Shown here in pieces: positions 36,741 through 50,200 of a DNA stretch of 64,000 nt. The notes below the pieces were generated by a model. The model was given only the letters and a program-made list of their open reading frames with translations, was not told where the DNA came from and did not search any database. The translations under genes and the position numbers were made by a program. The stretch comes from Strigamia acuminata (taxonomy: Eukaryota), in contig OX442314.1 in NCBI GenBank assembly GCA_949358305.1, positions 17,856,001 through 17,920,000 of the forward strand. Direction: 5' to 3'. The first letter of the stretch is position 1; the number at the start of each line of letters is the position of its first letter.

Positions 36741-38206
36741 TTTATTAATTGTGCAAGAATTTAGCAAACTTTTAAATAACAAATTATAGCAATTGTATTA
36801 ATGAAAATTAGATGCCTCAATAAAGTCAACAATTCTGCAAAGCAACCATACTTCATTTACTTTTACATACGACTATTAAATATCTTATCATAAAATAAGT
36901 TTTCTAAATAGAGTTGCTTCGCAAATTAAAATATAATTCGAAATCGAAAATTCGATTTTCTAATGCGAATACAACATCTCACTTTGTCCTCGTTGACAAA
37001 TAAAACAGAAGCAGCAACGGCATTGAAAATATTAAGATTATGTATACTAAAAAATGGTGTGACATCTGATACAAATTAACTAAAATATATCAGGTTTATA
37101 ATTGTACAATACGTATATACAAAAAAATTAAAAAAGGCACAATTCTCACATCCACTGCTCTGGAAAAATGTCCTATTGTGTTTGCAATTGATATGTTCCA
37201 CCATTTTTGCCTACTACCTAGTCAAATTAAACTGATTTTCAATCAGGAATCTTAATTCTTTTTTGTTTTCACAGATAAAAATCATTTCTACTGACGCAGC
37301 AAATTAGTGCCATAACAATCAACACTTGCCACTGAAGTGCTTTTTCTATTTAATAACTGACTAGCACGAGCAGGGTAAAGTTTCATCATCTAAACTTGTA
37401 ACAAAAAAAGAACCAAAAATAAGTGTAAATGCACTGTAAATACTCAAGATTCCATTTTACAAGTTTGCATAGCCATTTTCATTTCTCCTATTTTTTTGTA
37501 TTTTTATATCTTTTTTCTTAATGATAGTTGCAGCTTTGGAAGCCACTTTTGTAATTTTGTACTAAGGGTTATCAACAATTACTCTGACGATTTAACACTT
37601 TAATGCAATATTCTAAAAAGAAGTGGTTTCACTTAGCGCTTTTGCATTAAGTTGGCACTGGCAGAAACAACTTTCAGTTAGCAAATCATTTTTTTCTTCA
37701 AAGAAAATCTCTTTTTTTTTTTAAGTCCTCTGCAATTCGTGTCTTTTTTTAGGCACTTCCAAATTCACATTTTCATTTTCATTACGTTAAAAATAAAAAA
37801 TAAAACTTTTTGAAATGAAAGCACTTCCAGTACACAAAGCCCTATTCATCATCAAAAAATTTCTGCTGTTAATCAGCCTCTTTATGCCTTTTTAAAATAT
37901 AGCTAAAAAGTCTAGTTAAAAATAAAATGACGAACAATGTTTATGTACAGGATTCACACATCCAATTTAAAAAGTAAACTTATTCAAGTATGAAATAAAT
38001 GAATGGAAGGGGGAGAGAAAAGGCACACTGTTACACTTTCAAAAAGCACATCAAGTTACCAGACTCTTATTAAAGGCACTTTTTCAGTTTTGTCCATAGA
38101 AATTTTTTTTTGTTGATTACATCAACATTAAAAAAAAAAGTTCCATACCAGATGGATATTTAGAATTCATCACTACCTCTTTTTTTTTCTTTTCTACTGG
38201 CACTTT
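36741..38206 (-). other. Probable castor 3' UTR (~1.5 kb) with poly(A) signal near 36742-36747
   Basis: U-rich on the minus strand, with AATAAA on the minus strand at the boundary with the TE-rich region. Confidence 0.5.
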
Positions 38207-41200
38207 TTACTCCAAGTGTCGGTATTTGTGAGCACTCATTTGTGACAAACCTAGCACTGCGTACTGGCACTTCATACAGTGATAATGAGTCTGTTTCTGA
38301 TTATGCGTACATCCTTCCATATTGCAGTTTTGCGTAGGAGTGAATTTCTCAAATCCGGCAGCCATTATGTTGTCCAATTTCTGATGTTGCCTTCTATGAG
38401 CTACAACTTTATTCGTGTCAGTGCACACGTATTCACACTTAAGGCAATGGAAATGCGACGCTTTATTCGTAGACGATCCACTGGACGTTGCCATAGCAAC
38501 GGTGTACAGACACTCTGGCCGACCGCAAGCTACGTTTGCTCTGAACTGCTGGAAATCTCCTCCCATCAACGTGTCAAGGCGTTCGTGACGAGCCGTGTGT
38601 TGAACGAAACGAGTTTTATCGCAGAACGAGTAACCGCAATCACGCCTCACACAATGGAAATGCGTCTGATGCTCGCGATAACCACAGTGCGTGTATTGGC
38701 AATCCTCGTTAAATCGGTAGCGAATGTAACCTTGAGGTACTGGTTCGTCCTTTAAGATTCGAAGAGACGCCAAAGCAGCAGTCGCACGGATTTTCTTGCA
38801 CTCGCTCGATCCGTAGTCTTCATTTCTGGGCGATGTGGATGAAGTACGCTTACGAGGTGCTCCCATGAAACGCGGTGAGTTGGGATTCGCCTCGCCACAC
38901 TCTTCGACCGTCGGACTAGCAATGCATGAATTGGAATATGGTGATCCTTGGGACGAATGTTCTGCATCGAATTCATTGTTGCTGCTCCCATTGTGTTGCG
39001 GTGAAGACCTGTCGTCGACTCGAGGCGCGACCAAGTGGGGATGGTGGGAAAGTAAAGCGTGATAACCGGGCATGGACATGAGACTGCCTTGAGGAGGGAA
39101 ATAGATTGGAGATTCGGTAACAGGTGTCTGAAAGAGATTGGGATGTAAATGTTTCATCGATTCCACGGAAATGTTCATATGAGCGTGCGGGCTGCGTCTC
39201 ATTGGAGTGGCATCTGCACTGCTAGGCGTTGAAACTTGGTCGTTGTCTAGATCGTATTCACCATCGTCTGAATTATTATCATTTGAGGACGGTCCGCCGT
39301 GAGAGGCCGAAAATGAATGCGACATGTCCGTGTGTTTAGCGAGATGCGGTGCAAGTTGCAAATAGTTGGAAAAAGCCTTCAAGAAAGAAAACAAAATCAA
39401 TATTAACTTAAGATATACAGTATACAGCTAAAAATATTTCTAACATTCATAATAATTAAAAGTCTAATTGAAATTAATTGAAAAAGTTATTCTAAATAAT
39501 ATGTAGGCATCCAATTCATAAGAAAGCGTGTGGTACCTGATTGCATACTTTACAGTGGTAATGCTGCGACTTCTTCAATTTGCAAAAAGGACGTCCACAA
39601 GGATAATTTGGACCGAATTCCACACTATGATCCATGTGGATTTGCCAGTACGGTTGTTGTACAAACATGCCCGAATGAGATTGTTGAAGCAATTGGCTCA
39701 AACACTGGTTATTATCATCTTCCCCATCATCATCACTGCGAACACTAGAATTTCCGCTCTGCCCATTTCCGTTCAAAAATTGTCCATTCTCTTTTCCAGT
39801 ATTTTTCAACGGAAGTGCAGACAAAGGATAAAAAGTTCCTGTGGCTTTAACTACTGTGGTTTTATGATCCGTCATAACAATTCTGGGACTAGGGGTTCGT
39901 TGAAAAGAGAGTGTTTGAGGTGGCAAAGACAGAGGCGGTGGCGTACAAAGACTCGTGCTACCCTTTTCATCGTAGTGTTGTTCTTGTTCGTGAGTCAACA
40001 TTTTACTGTATTGAATGAAGGAATAGTTGCAGTTGTGTCTAGTACAGTGATAATGGCGATTGATCTTGTTATTGGGACACGAGTCGAATCGACAGTCCAC
40101 ATTTCGATCAAAATAGGCAAAACCTTCGAGGATTTCCACCGTCCCGTGAAAGCCGTGGGTGTGTTGTGCGAGGATATCGACTTTATCGGTTGTGTAGTGG
40201 CAGCGGTTCTTCATGCAGTGGTAGTGCAGGCGGCCCAGGTGAGGGCAGAGGTGATCGGGGCAAGGAGTGTTTTGTGGGAAGACATAGAACCCTTCCAGAT
40301 CCTCAACCTTGAAACCGTAAATGGGGAATAAAAATTAAAAACAGCTTGCAAATTGCAGCATATCGCAATAATTCATTTACACATTGCTCGGCCACTTTAA
40401 CCGTTCAGCAATAAGATGCAGTCAAAGCATTAACTAACTTTGACTTTTAAAACAATAAAAATAAATAGCTACAAATTAGAGTACATTTATTTCTATGCTC
40501 AAGTCAAACAAACATTAAAAGCTCGAAATACGATATCAAATCAAAGAGCAACTAATCATACCGAAAGCACAACTAAATGCAAGCCGTTTTATTTTTAAAC
40601 CCCTCTTTGCGTATACGATCGCAAATGTATCAATACTAAGATAAGTATAAATTTGTGCATTGGCTAGTATAGTTTGTGGTGCAATAAACGAACATTATGC
40701 GGAGTGCTAAACGGTTAAAGTTAACCATTCATTTGAAAGTAAAATAATAAGAAAACCTGATATGTATCACATTTCTGTGCTGCAGGAAAGAGAGGATATG
40801 GGACAGAAAAGAAAACAATAAGAAGGAGATTATTAACTTGAACTCACCTTTGATTGCATAGGATTAGCAGCAATTTGACTCATCAAAGGTAAAGGCAGTG
40901 ATGTTGTGAGGGAACTACAGGCAGCCCGAGATGGTAAAACGGCTCCCGGAAGAAGGCCGAACGGCATCGCTACTGCTGATATTGGCGTACTGTCCATATA
41001 AGATTGAGTGGTTGTCGTGGCGCCCATAGCGGTTGCACCCAATCCAACGTGAGGAGGACTTGGTTTTGGAAGTTTAAAGCTCGTAAAAATGGCTTGCGGT
41101 AGTTCGGAAAGACTGGATGGCATTGGAAACTGTGGCCACACCTACGCGAGTAAAAGAACAAACCGATTATTAGTATGCACTAATTACTTGAGAACCGATC

Positions 41201-44200
41201 AAACAGCAATTACTTCAATCACTCTATTTTTGGGAGGTCGACCTCTTTTCCTCTTGAACATGCTGTCCATAGTCGTTGCCAATGTCGTGTTCAATGGATC
41301 TTTGCCGGTATTAAGCTTACGCGAATAATCGTGCATTTTGTAATGATCCAATCGTCGGAAAGCCTTGTCGGATGGCATAATTATCTCGTTACAATTGTCC
41401 TAAAAGTGTTAACTGACTCGTATCACAAGCACTCCCAACCGCGCTCATCTGTATTTGTATTTGTATACATACCCATCCGCAATGATAATGTTTTTCTTTA
41501 TTCTGATAGGGGCAGTCACTGGGGCAAGACGAGGGCTGTCCGACTTCTTGAGTTGTATAAAAGGCTTCGGTCACTTGATCCTGTTGCTCGTGGGTTCTTG
41601 CGTGTTCCCTTACTCCATCTTTAGACCTGAACATCATCGTACAACTCTCAGTTGTACAATGGTAGTGATCCTTGTACAAAAAATCGCAATTTGGTTTGCA
41701 AGGATCATTAGCTGTGTACCTACGAATGATTACTAATCAAATTAAATATTTCGAGCAAAACTTTCCCTCCTTATACCTTATGAGATATTTTTTCCACGAA
41801 TCATCTGGCTTTGGTTTGAGTAAATCATTTGTGAGATGATCAATGGCAGCAAGATGTTCGGCTCCCAACTGACCCGAGGCCAGTAACTGTTCAGCTTTGC
41901 TACCTGGCAGAAGCACGGGCAGAGACAATTGCGAATTGAGATTAACACCTGACAGGAAAACATTCAGTTTTACAATAACAGATAATAACAAACTTAGTGC
42001 GTAAACGGACACCAAGAAACTACAATCGTGGGCAGGCGACTTGTGTTAGTTAGCACTATGAAAATCCCTCACCTGTAAGCAAACTAGCAAGCCGGGAGAG
42101 CGCCTGGGGATCAAGGGATTGATAATTCAAGTTGAAATGATTGCTCAAAGGGTAACTTAAAGCTGAGTTGCTATTGGTGCTTGTGTGAGTGGTTGATGTT
42201 GATGTACCTGCGGCACTCTGTAGACCACTGGCTGTGGATGCACCTGGAGCACTAATGTTGTTATTCGCACTCCCGCTGTGAACTGCGAGTACAGATCCTT
42301 GTGTGTGAATTCCACTTCCAGTCGATTCACTACTGTTACCCTATTTTTTTTTTACAAAATAATTAATTAATTAATTTTCGCCCTATCAATCAACAATTTA
42401 TTTCAATATAATACCTCTTCGCTCATTTGACTGGGCAATGCCATTGCTGGTCCATCTCCTAAAGTTTTCAACATACTCTGAGCCAATTTGTACTTTCTAT
42501 ATGCTAATTCATTGTCCCTACGTTCATGCTTGCGCTTATGGGAGTAAAGTTGACCACTTGAATGAAGGACGTATGTACAGCCTGAAAGAGCACAACAAAT
42601 GTTTTAATTGAATTCGTTCTTAATTCTTATCGCTTTTATTTTAAGTCACTCACCTGCACGTATACAATGGATATGGTTGCACACACGTGAATATCTGCAG
42701 TTTTCATACGAGCAATGTTCATGTTTCATAAACTTCTTGAATCCATCTTTATTCAATTGTTCATCCTTTATGTGATACGATTTGTGTTTTTCTGCGAATA
42801 AACAAAACAACAAGAAATCAATAAACAGGAAGAAATCTTACAATCAGAATCAGGAGATTCTTTTCACAATAGGCAATACGAAGGCAAAATCCACCTTTTG
42901 TTATAGTTTTAGGTATATTTTAATTAAAAAAGAGAAAATCTTATTTACCCATATCGGCTTTGTTTTTAAAGGTGAAATTACAGTTTGCTCTTCGGCAATG
43001 GAAATGGGTTGTGCGTTGTCCATAGAAGGAGCATGAAAGCATAGCACAATCTTCTGTGGCCCTAAACCTTTGAAAACCTTCCTGGATGATGGCGGAATCT
43101 TTGCGATGATAATTTGCGTGCATCTGGACATCGGACGTGCTAATGTAAACCTTATCACATCCCTCCTAGTAAGCGAGCAAAAAAAAAACATTAGGTTGGT
43201 CAAAAAATTGGCTATTAAGCTTATACCGGTAATAAATAATATAGTTAAAAAAAAAATCCGACATTTAAAAAGCACGTGCTACATTTCCCCAACTTTTAAT
43301 GAAAATTCACATAAATTTAAAAGTGGGTATAACCCTCCGCTATTAGGCTTCATCTGATACAATATTTGATGAATAAAAGATGGCATTGTGAGCCCAGGAC
43401 AACGATCCCGTCTCGAATTTCTCAAATGACTCCACTTTTGTCTTATCACTTTTATCTGAGTAAATCTCATTTCTTTCAATCCAACTTTTTCAAAGCAGAT
43501 AAGAAAATTTCTTTCTTTACAGACATTTTTTCCTTTCAAAACTGAATTAATTTTGGAAATTTTATTCAGATGCCTACAAAAAAGTCGCATTAAAATAAAT
43601 TAAACCCAAAAAGGAAATAAAATTCAACTAATCCGTGAAAATATTTATTTAAATTTAAATTTTTTCGTCTTTGAAAAAAAAGTTACCTTTAAGCAGTGAT
43701 AATGTGTTTGTTTTCTGTTATGCGAGCAGTTGGGAAATCTTTCAAAACAGTCATCCATTGGACTGAATCTTAAAAATCCATGTTGCAGAGATTCGTCTCT
43801 TTTTTTATGCCATTTAAAATGCCGAATCATTTCTTCCTTTTTAACAAACACCTACATAAAAAATAAAATTACTATAATTTTTTCTAAAGTCATTTCACAT
43901 TGACAAGTTGAAGTTTTACCCTTGAGTTGCAGTCCATGCAGTGAAAATGTTCCCTATAGTTGAGATCTTTGCAGTAATTACTTCCACACTCATTTGCATT
44001 CGAATATCTGCAAATCAAATTAAAACTCCCGTCAATCAATAAATTCTTTTCTTTCTTATAATAACTCAATCCATCAAAATGTTTTTTTACCTTTTGACAT
44101 ATCTAGTATAATCAATTGGTCCAGATTTATTTAGGTGTTCTTTGTGGGACAGCAACGGCATCACGGACGAACTACTAGACACAATCACTGAAAAAATATG

Positions 44201-47200
44201 CAAACCAAAATATTAAAAAATTGTTCTATATTTTTTATTTTTTAAATCTTTCAATTTAGGCCACGCACTTACATTATAATTACAAAATGTAAAATTTTAT
44301 TGTCAATTAAGCAAACCCACTTCCTTACTAATTAACAGTTTGTATCAACTTGTGTAATGAATATCCACGCACATTTTCCTTTATTTTTGCCTTTCAGGAG
44401 ATAACCTTGAATTCAAAACACTCACGATTACATTTTTTTCTAGAAAATTAAAACCCATGTCCTTCCAACATTTTATATTTTGTCAGCAAATAGATAATTG
44501 ATTATTATTACTTTTAATATATGAAAGTAATAATATCGTAATGTGTAATTTGTTCCTCGAATTTGACGTGGAAAGAAACAGGTGGTTCACAATTGGGCGT
44601 GAATTTAGCATTTTACACCAGATGTCAGTTGACAGTTAACCTTTATCATTTTATAAATAAATTTTCCTAATTTTTCCCCCCTGAAATTAAAAAAAAAAAA
44701 AATTAAAATATTTATATAAACTGTCAAGTTTAAGTTTAAATTTAAATTTTAAAAATAAATTTCTCACTGCAAATGTTCTTGAGGTAATAAATCAATAACT
44801 CAGAACATGTATTTAACCCTTCAACACCTTGCTTTCAATTTTTTAGCCATTTATATCTTGGGTCGTTTTAAGAAAAAAGAAAAGAAAAACAGTCCTGATA
44901 GAATACAGGTCAGCTGGTACTCTTCATCAACTTTTTTCCCCTCCATTTGTCATATGGCTGGATGCCAAAAAGATTTAAATTATACCAATACATCTTGTGT
45001 GTTTATAAATTGATAAATGCCATCTCCGCAATTTTCGTAAAAACATAAACATATTTTTGAAGAAAAAAAGTGGAATATTTATAAAAATAAAAAGTGTGTT
45101 GTACGAAGGTCATTTAAGATTTTATTTCTGCTTTTATGTCGAGACTCCCTACTACTACTACTACTTATCAGATGAAGGAGTGGGCTGTTTACTCTCATCA
45201 ACCTTGTTGAGGACACATACTTATGAGACCTTAAACACTGGTCAAACAAACATTTGCTTTCTCAATCTAAAGCAGATGGACAAGCAAGCATGTCAATGCC
45301 ACTTTAATTTGCTCACTCACACTAATAAAAAGTCAAGCAAGAAACCCGTGTGAAAATGACACTGTGGTTAGTGACCTTCTAAATCAGCCTTCTTAAAAAT
45401 ACAACCAAATTAACCTCCATTTCTTCTCATTACATAACAAAACTATCTAGTTTTTCGTTTATTTATTGACATCTATATAAAACACAATGCAAGTACAAAC
45501 AGGTGTCGATTCATTAGAATTCTATTTTTTTTGTGTCATGGACAATTTAATTCCCTTTATTTATTTCTCTTTTTTATTTCCCTTAATACAATTTTACATT
45601 TTCATGAAAATTGCCAACAAGTTCTATTAACCTTCTCATTGGCTATATATTTTTTGCCCATTTATGCGCCTTTTTAGTGCGAGTGGGAGTAAGTTTTGGA
45701 TACGAGTACCAGCTGCATTTAGGAGTGCACACAAGGCTACACCAACAACACGAAATTCCTTCTGCTTTTTTTGGTTTCAGCCCTAGCAACCAAGTTGTCG
45801 TCTTGACAGCGCAATTAGGTCCACCATAACTTGAAATCAGATCATCCTTAAGATAAGCAGGTGCTCGCCTAGAACCTGAACTAAAATGCGACAAACTTGT
45901 GGCCTAATAAATTAAAGGACGTTTTACTTTTATTAGATGCTTAAAAAAAACTTGGAAATAAAAAGGAAAAAATTCCTTCTTCTTGACAAATCCTTGTTTT
46001 TTTTCCTTCTTCTTTCTTTTTCTTTTTTATTCAAAGGCAAAAATTCCTTTCTTTTTTTAAAAACTTAAAATTACAAAAGCACGTACGTATTAAGGCTTTA
46101 TCTTATTTATAGAGCAACATAATAAACTAGATCGAGTTTATTTAGTTCCAACAAATGTTTGCTTTACCTGATGGCTGACTTTTCCTTTGGGGAAGAATAT
46201 GTTGTAGTGGAGGTGCCTTTGGAATATGGGTGCTATTGGCTGCCATTGCTGCAGCTGCTGCAAACTTCGATTCTTGCATGGCGGCGAGGGTTAAAATTGT
46301 TGATGTCATATTTGGTGGCAAAATTACCTAAAAAAAATAATAAATATATAAATTACATGAATAAATAAAGCAAATTTAATCTGTTTCACATTTACCCTGG
46401 GATTTCCTATAATGCTGTTGGGTGGTAAACGACTAAACTTGGCCATGCTGTCTACCATTTTGGTGCATAGATTGTCGTAATTGCTTTCACTGCAAGCTAA
46501 ATGTTGCGATCGCATTTGGTGCAAAGATTGTTGACTGGACTGTTGCGGAGAAGGTGTCCTCTTGTTATTAGAAGCTTGAATGACAGAAGCTAGAGATGTA
46601 GGTGGCATAGGGCACTTGCTTTTTGACGCGAAAGAACTCAACGAATGAGGCGACATGGTTTGCAGAATTTTTCCTAAAAATATTTTGAAAAAAAAAAGAA
46701 GAAAAAAAAGTTAATTTTGGAGCAAAACTCGCAAATTACCAACTTTTATAAGATATTGTCAAAATTAAATTTTCCCCGCTCGCATGCGCGCAAGATTTTA
46801 TATCGGTTTTGCCTCGTAAACCCACTTCCTTTCTTCATTCTTGCTCCTTTCATCAGTTACTCCAATAAATTAAAAGCTAAGCTCAGCGCACTCGTATATT
46901 CTGATTAAAACAGCATGATTGTGGTTGGAGGGAATGGGAAAAGACACTCTAGTCACCCCCGATACGATAAATAACATCAAACTTATGAGTTAAGAGACAA
47001 TCCTAATTAATTTTTAAAGCATTTTATATCGTTTTTGATATTCAAGCAGGGTTTCATGTAAATCTCGTTCATTTCATTTTATGGGTTGCGTAAACTAATT
47101 TTTTTTTTTCCCTTCAAAAAAATAAAATAAAAAAAAACTCATAAGAAAAGTTGACTTAACATAAATTTATAAATTCAAAACACCGCTTGACTGTTGACAA

Positions 47201-50200
47201 ATTCCAACTTCGCTTCACACCATAAATTTAAGCATTAAAATATGTGAAAGTAAAATAAATAATAGAAAAAAAAATATTATATATTTTAAGCGCATCGTTG
47301 CACTTCACAGTTCACACAAACTGAGTTTGGAAGTGTTCTGCACATCTTATTCACATCAATCAATAGTTAAGGCAATGAATAAAACAACATCTCTGCCAAT
47401 TATCTCGAACTTAATCTTAACGATCTGAATATTCAATGCTAAATCAAATACCGAGAGAAAAGCTATTCAAAAGTTTCCATCATGCAAACATTTCTTCCTC
47501 GTCATTTAAATCAAATTCATTGACAATTGTGTGTGACAACCAATGCGTATATAACTCATCGAAAACGTCACGCTAATCAGCTCGTATATTGTACACATGT
47601 CACTACTGTTTTTCCTTGACAAATCGTTACGGCGAGGGCGTGGAAACACTTAAGAAAAAGATCACATTACAACCCTTTTGCGGTTCCCAGAAATTCTCAG
47701 CAGTCACAAACGTCTAAAAACGATTTTTTTTCGCAAGGATAGGAGTGAATTTATGTCAAGTTGAGTCGTCATAAAACGCTTGCGTTTCGAGCCTATTACA
47801 AGAAATGTGCCCTCCCTTCCCCCCCTACGATCCCCTCAAGGCAAGGCAGCAACAAGTGTCGCGCCACTCGAGAAATTTTGGGCAGAATATCCAATTTCTC
47901 AGACAAAAGACCGCATGTCGAGTCAAGTAATTTATCGTGAATAATAAAAATACTCCATATGCGCAGATGGTCAAAAATAATGTAATAAAAAAAAATACAC
48001 CAAAAAAGAAAAAAATATCCATAAATAAACCTAACAGAGGCAAAAAAAGGAGCGAGGCAAAGAAGAAATTCCTGTCGTTCTGGGAGGAAAAGAAAAAGAA
48101 GAAAAAATTAATTTTTCCTCACGTGGCTTTAATACTAGTGTGATAAATAAGATTTGATGTTGCAACATAAAAACACAAACGTTAAATTTAAAACGTTTCT
48201 ATCAAAAATAACCTTTGAAAGTAAAAAGAAGTGTTTAAAATAATTTGTCTAGGTTTGAAAATCAAAATATATGCTGCGATTGCGTTGCGAGTAACTCTTG
48301 ATTTGTCGGGCTCGTGATTTGTGTCGTCTAGAAGGACAAGAGTGGCTTTTACGCTAAGATCGGAATTTGCCCGCGATTTAACTTTGAACGGATGCCAACA
48401 TTTTGGTAGCCATTTTAACATTTTCAAATCACCCAGAGGATTCAGTGGAATGGAAAATGCAGCTGTTGACTACAATTGCCATCTGTCCTGTTGTCATAAT
48501 TGAATGTTTCATTCAAATAATGTAATGAAATCATTAACCAATCATCAAAACCATCTGCACTCATATACGCATTCATTTCCATAAACTACACATGTGAATT
48601 AAACTTTTATTCCCGACAAAATATCCATTTCGCCGCGTCTTTTCGTCTACATTGAAAAGCGAAACGATCTGCTCATTTTTATACATTTATTTTTGTCGAA
48701 ATGCTTAGTAGAAAGCAAAAATAGGTCAGCGAGCTTTTGTTTCCTCCCATTCTGATGATTTTTCCCCTTCTGGTTTCATGAATGAATTAAGTATGCGAAT
48801 TGCAAACCCCTTATTTAAAAATAGTTTCCCTTCATCACTTTTTCACCTTCTTGTTAAACAAGAACGGTAAATTTCCTCTTTCGCTCGTCGGAGATTTGAA
48901 AACATGTTGAAATAAGCTGTTTAGAAACTGTAATGGCTAGAAATTCTATGGGAACTAACAGTGCTAATGAACTTCCTGCTTTACACTTGGAAATTAAAAG
49001 ATGAGTAAGCGTTTATAATAACTAAGTACTATCGCAGAAAATGAATGGTCCTGTGCGACCAATAAATATCAACTGCTACAAATTTAATTTATATATCCGA
49101 AATCCAAAATATTTTATCAAACATGGACTAGTAATGCCAACATTTGATGCAATCTTCGTTTCAAACTTGACAGGGATAGTAATAAAAAAAACCGAATGAG
49201 CGATCAGATAAAAAAAAAAAGAAGGAAAAAAAAAACTAATTTAAATATTAGCCAAGCCATCTGCCTCCAGTGCTAATTTTAATTTTTTTTTCTGTTTCTT
49301 TTTTAAAATTAAATTCGCATTGACAAGTGTTTTATTCACACGGAGAATATAATTACGTAATCGATTAACATTCTAAAAAAGAACATTATTTTGATTTCGA
49401 GTTTTGCTCAAGTTGTCATAACTTAAAAAATGAAACGGTAAGAATAATAATAAGATTTAAAAAATGCCCTTGATCGAAATTATTTTAATCAGCTTAGGTG
49501 TGGCGAATGAAAAATTTCTTTGCCTTCAAGCTAAAGAGAGAGAGAAATCAAAATAATAATTTTAAAAAAATGTTAGGAGTCAAGTCAGAAACACATGTTA
49601 AACTAAAAGAGTAGAATTTTCACAATTATTCCGATTTAGTTGTGTAAAAATAAGGTAAAGAAAAGGTGGCTGTTATAAACCTGAATTCAGAAGTTGCAAC
49701 ATGTGTTTGGCATTAGATGCTTTTAAAGCCATAAAAAATAAATAAAAAAAATAAAAATAAAAAAAGATAAAAATTAACATTTTAGGTTTCACGACGAGAA
49801 CGACGAATAAACAGCACGATATTCAGCAACCAGTTGCGTTTACAAAATAAAAAATAAAAAAAAACAAAAAATAAAAAAATAAACTCTTTCGTGCCATACT
49901 ATCAGCAACGAGCTCATTGTTTTCATCAATAACGATGGCCACTAATCAGACAAAAACTGTTATACAATTTTTTTAAAGCCATCAAATTTCTAAATTTCTC
50001 TATTTCACACGAATGATCACCATAATTTTCATTTTTGAAGTTTTTACTACTCTCACTAATTGTATACGTAATCAATCCTCAACGACAACACAAGTGCACG
50101 AAACTGACAATAAACGGCGCAACCATCGTGTGCAATCATATGTTTACCTTATGGATGAGAAACCTCCGAGTGAAACCTAACCCCTTACATCCATTATAGT

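Noticed and set aside
39528..40331. 267-aa plus-strand ORF (also 38279-38755 and 59536-60560)
   Set aside because: These are antisense shadows of castor coding exons.
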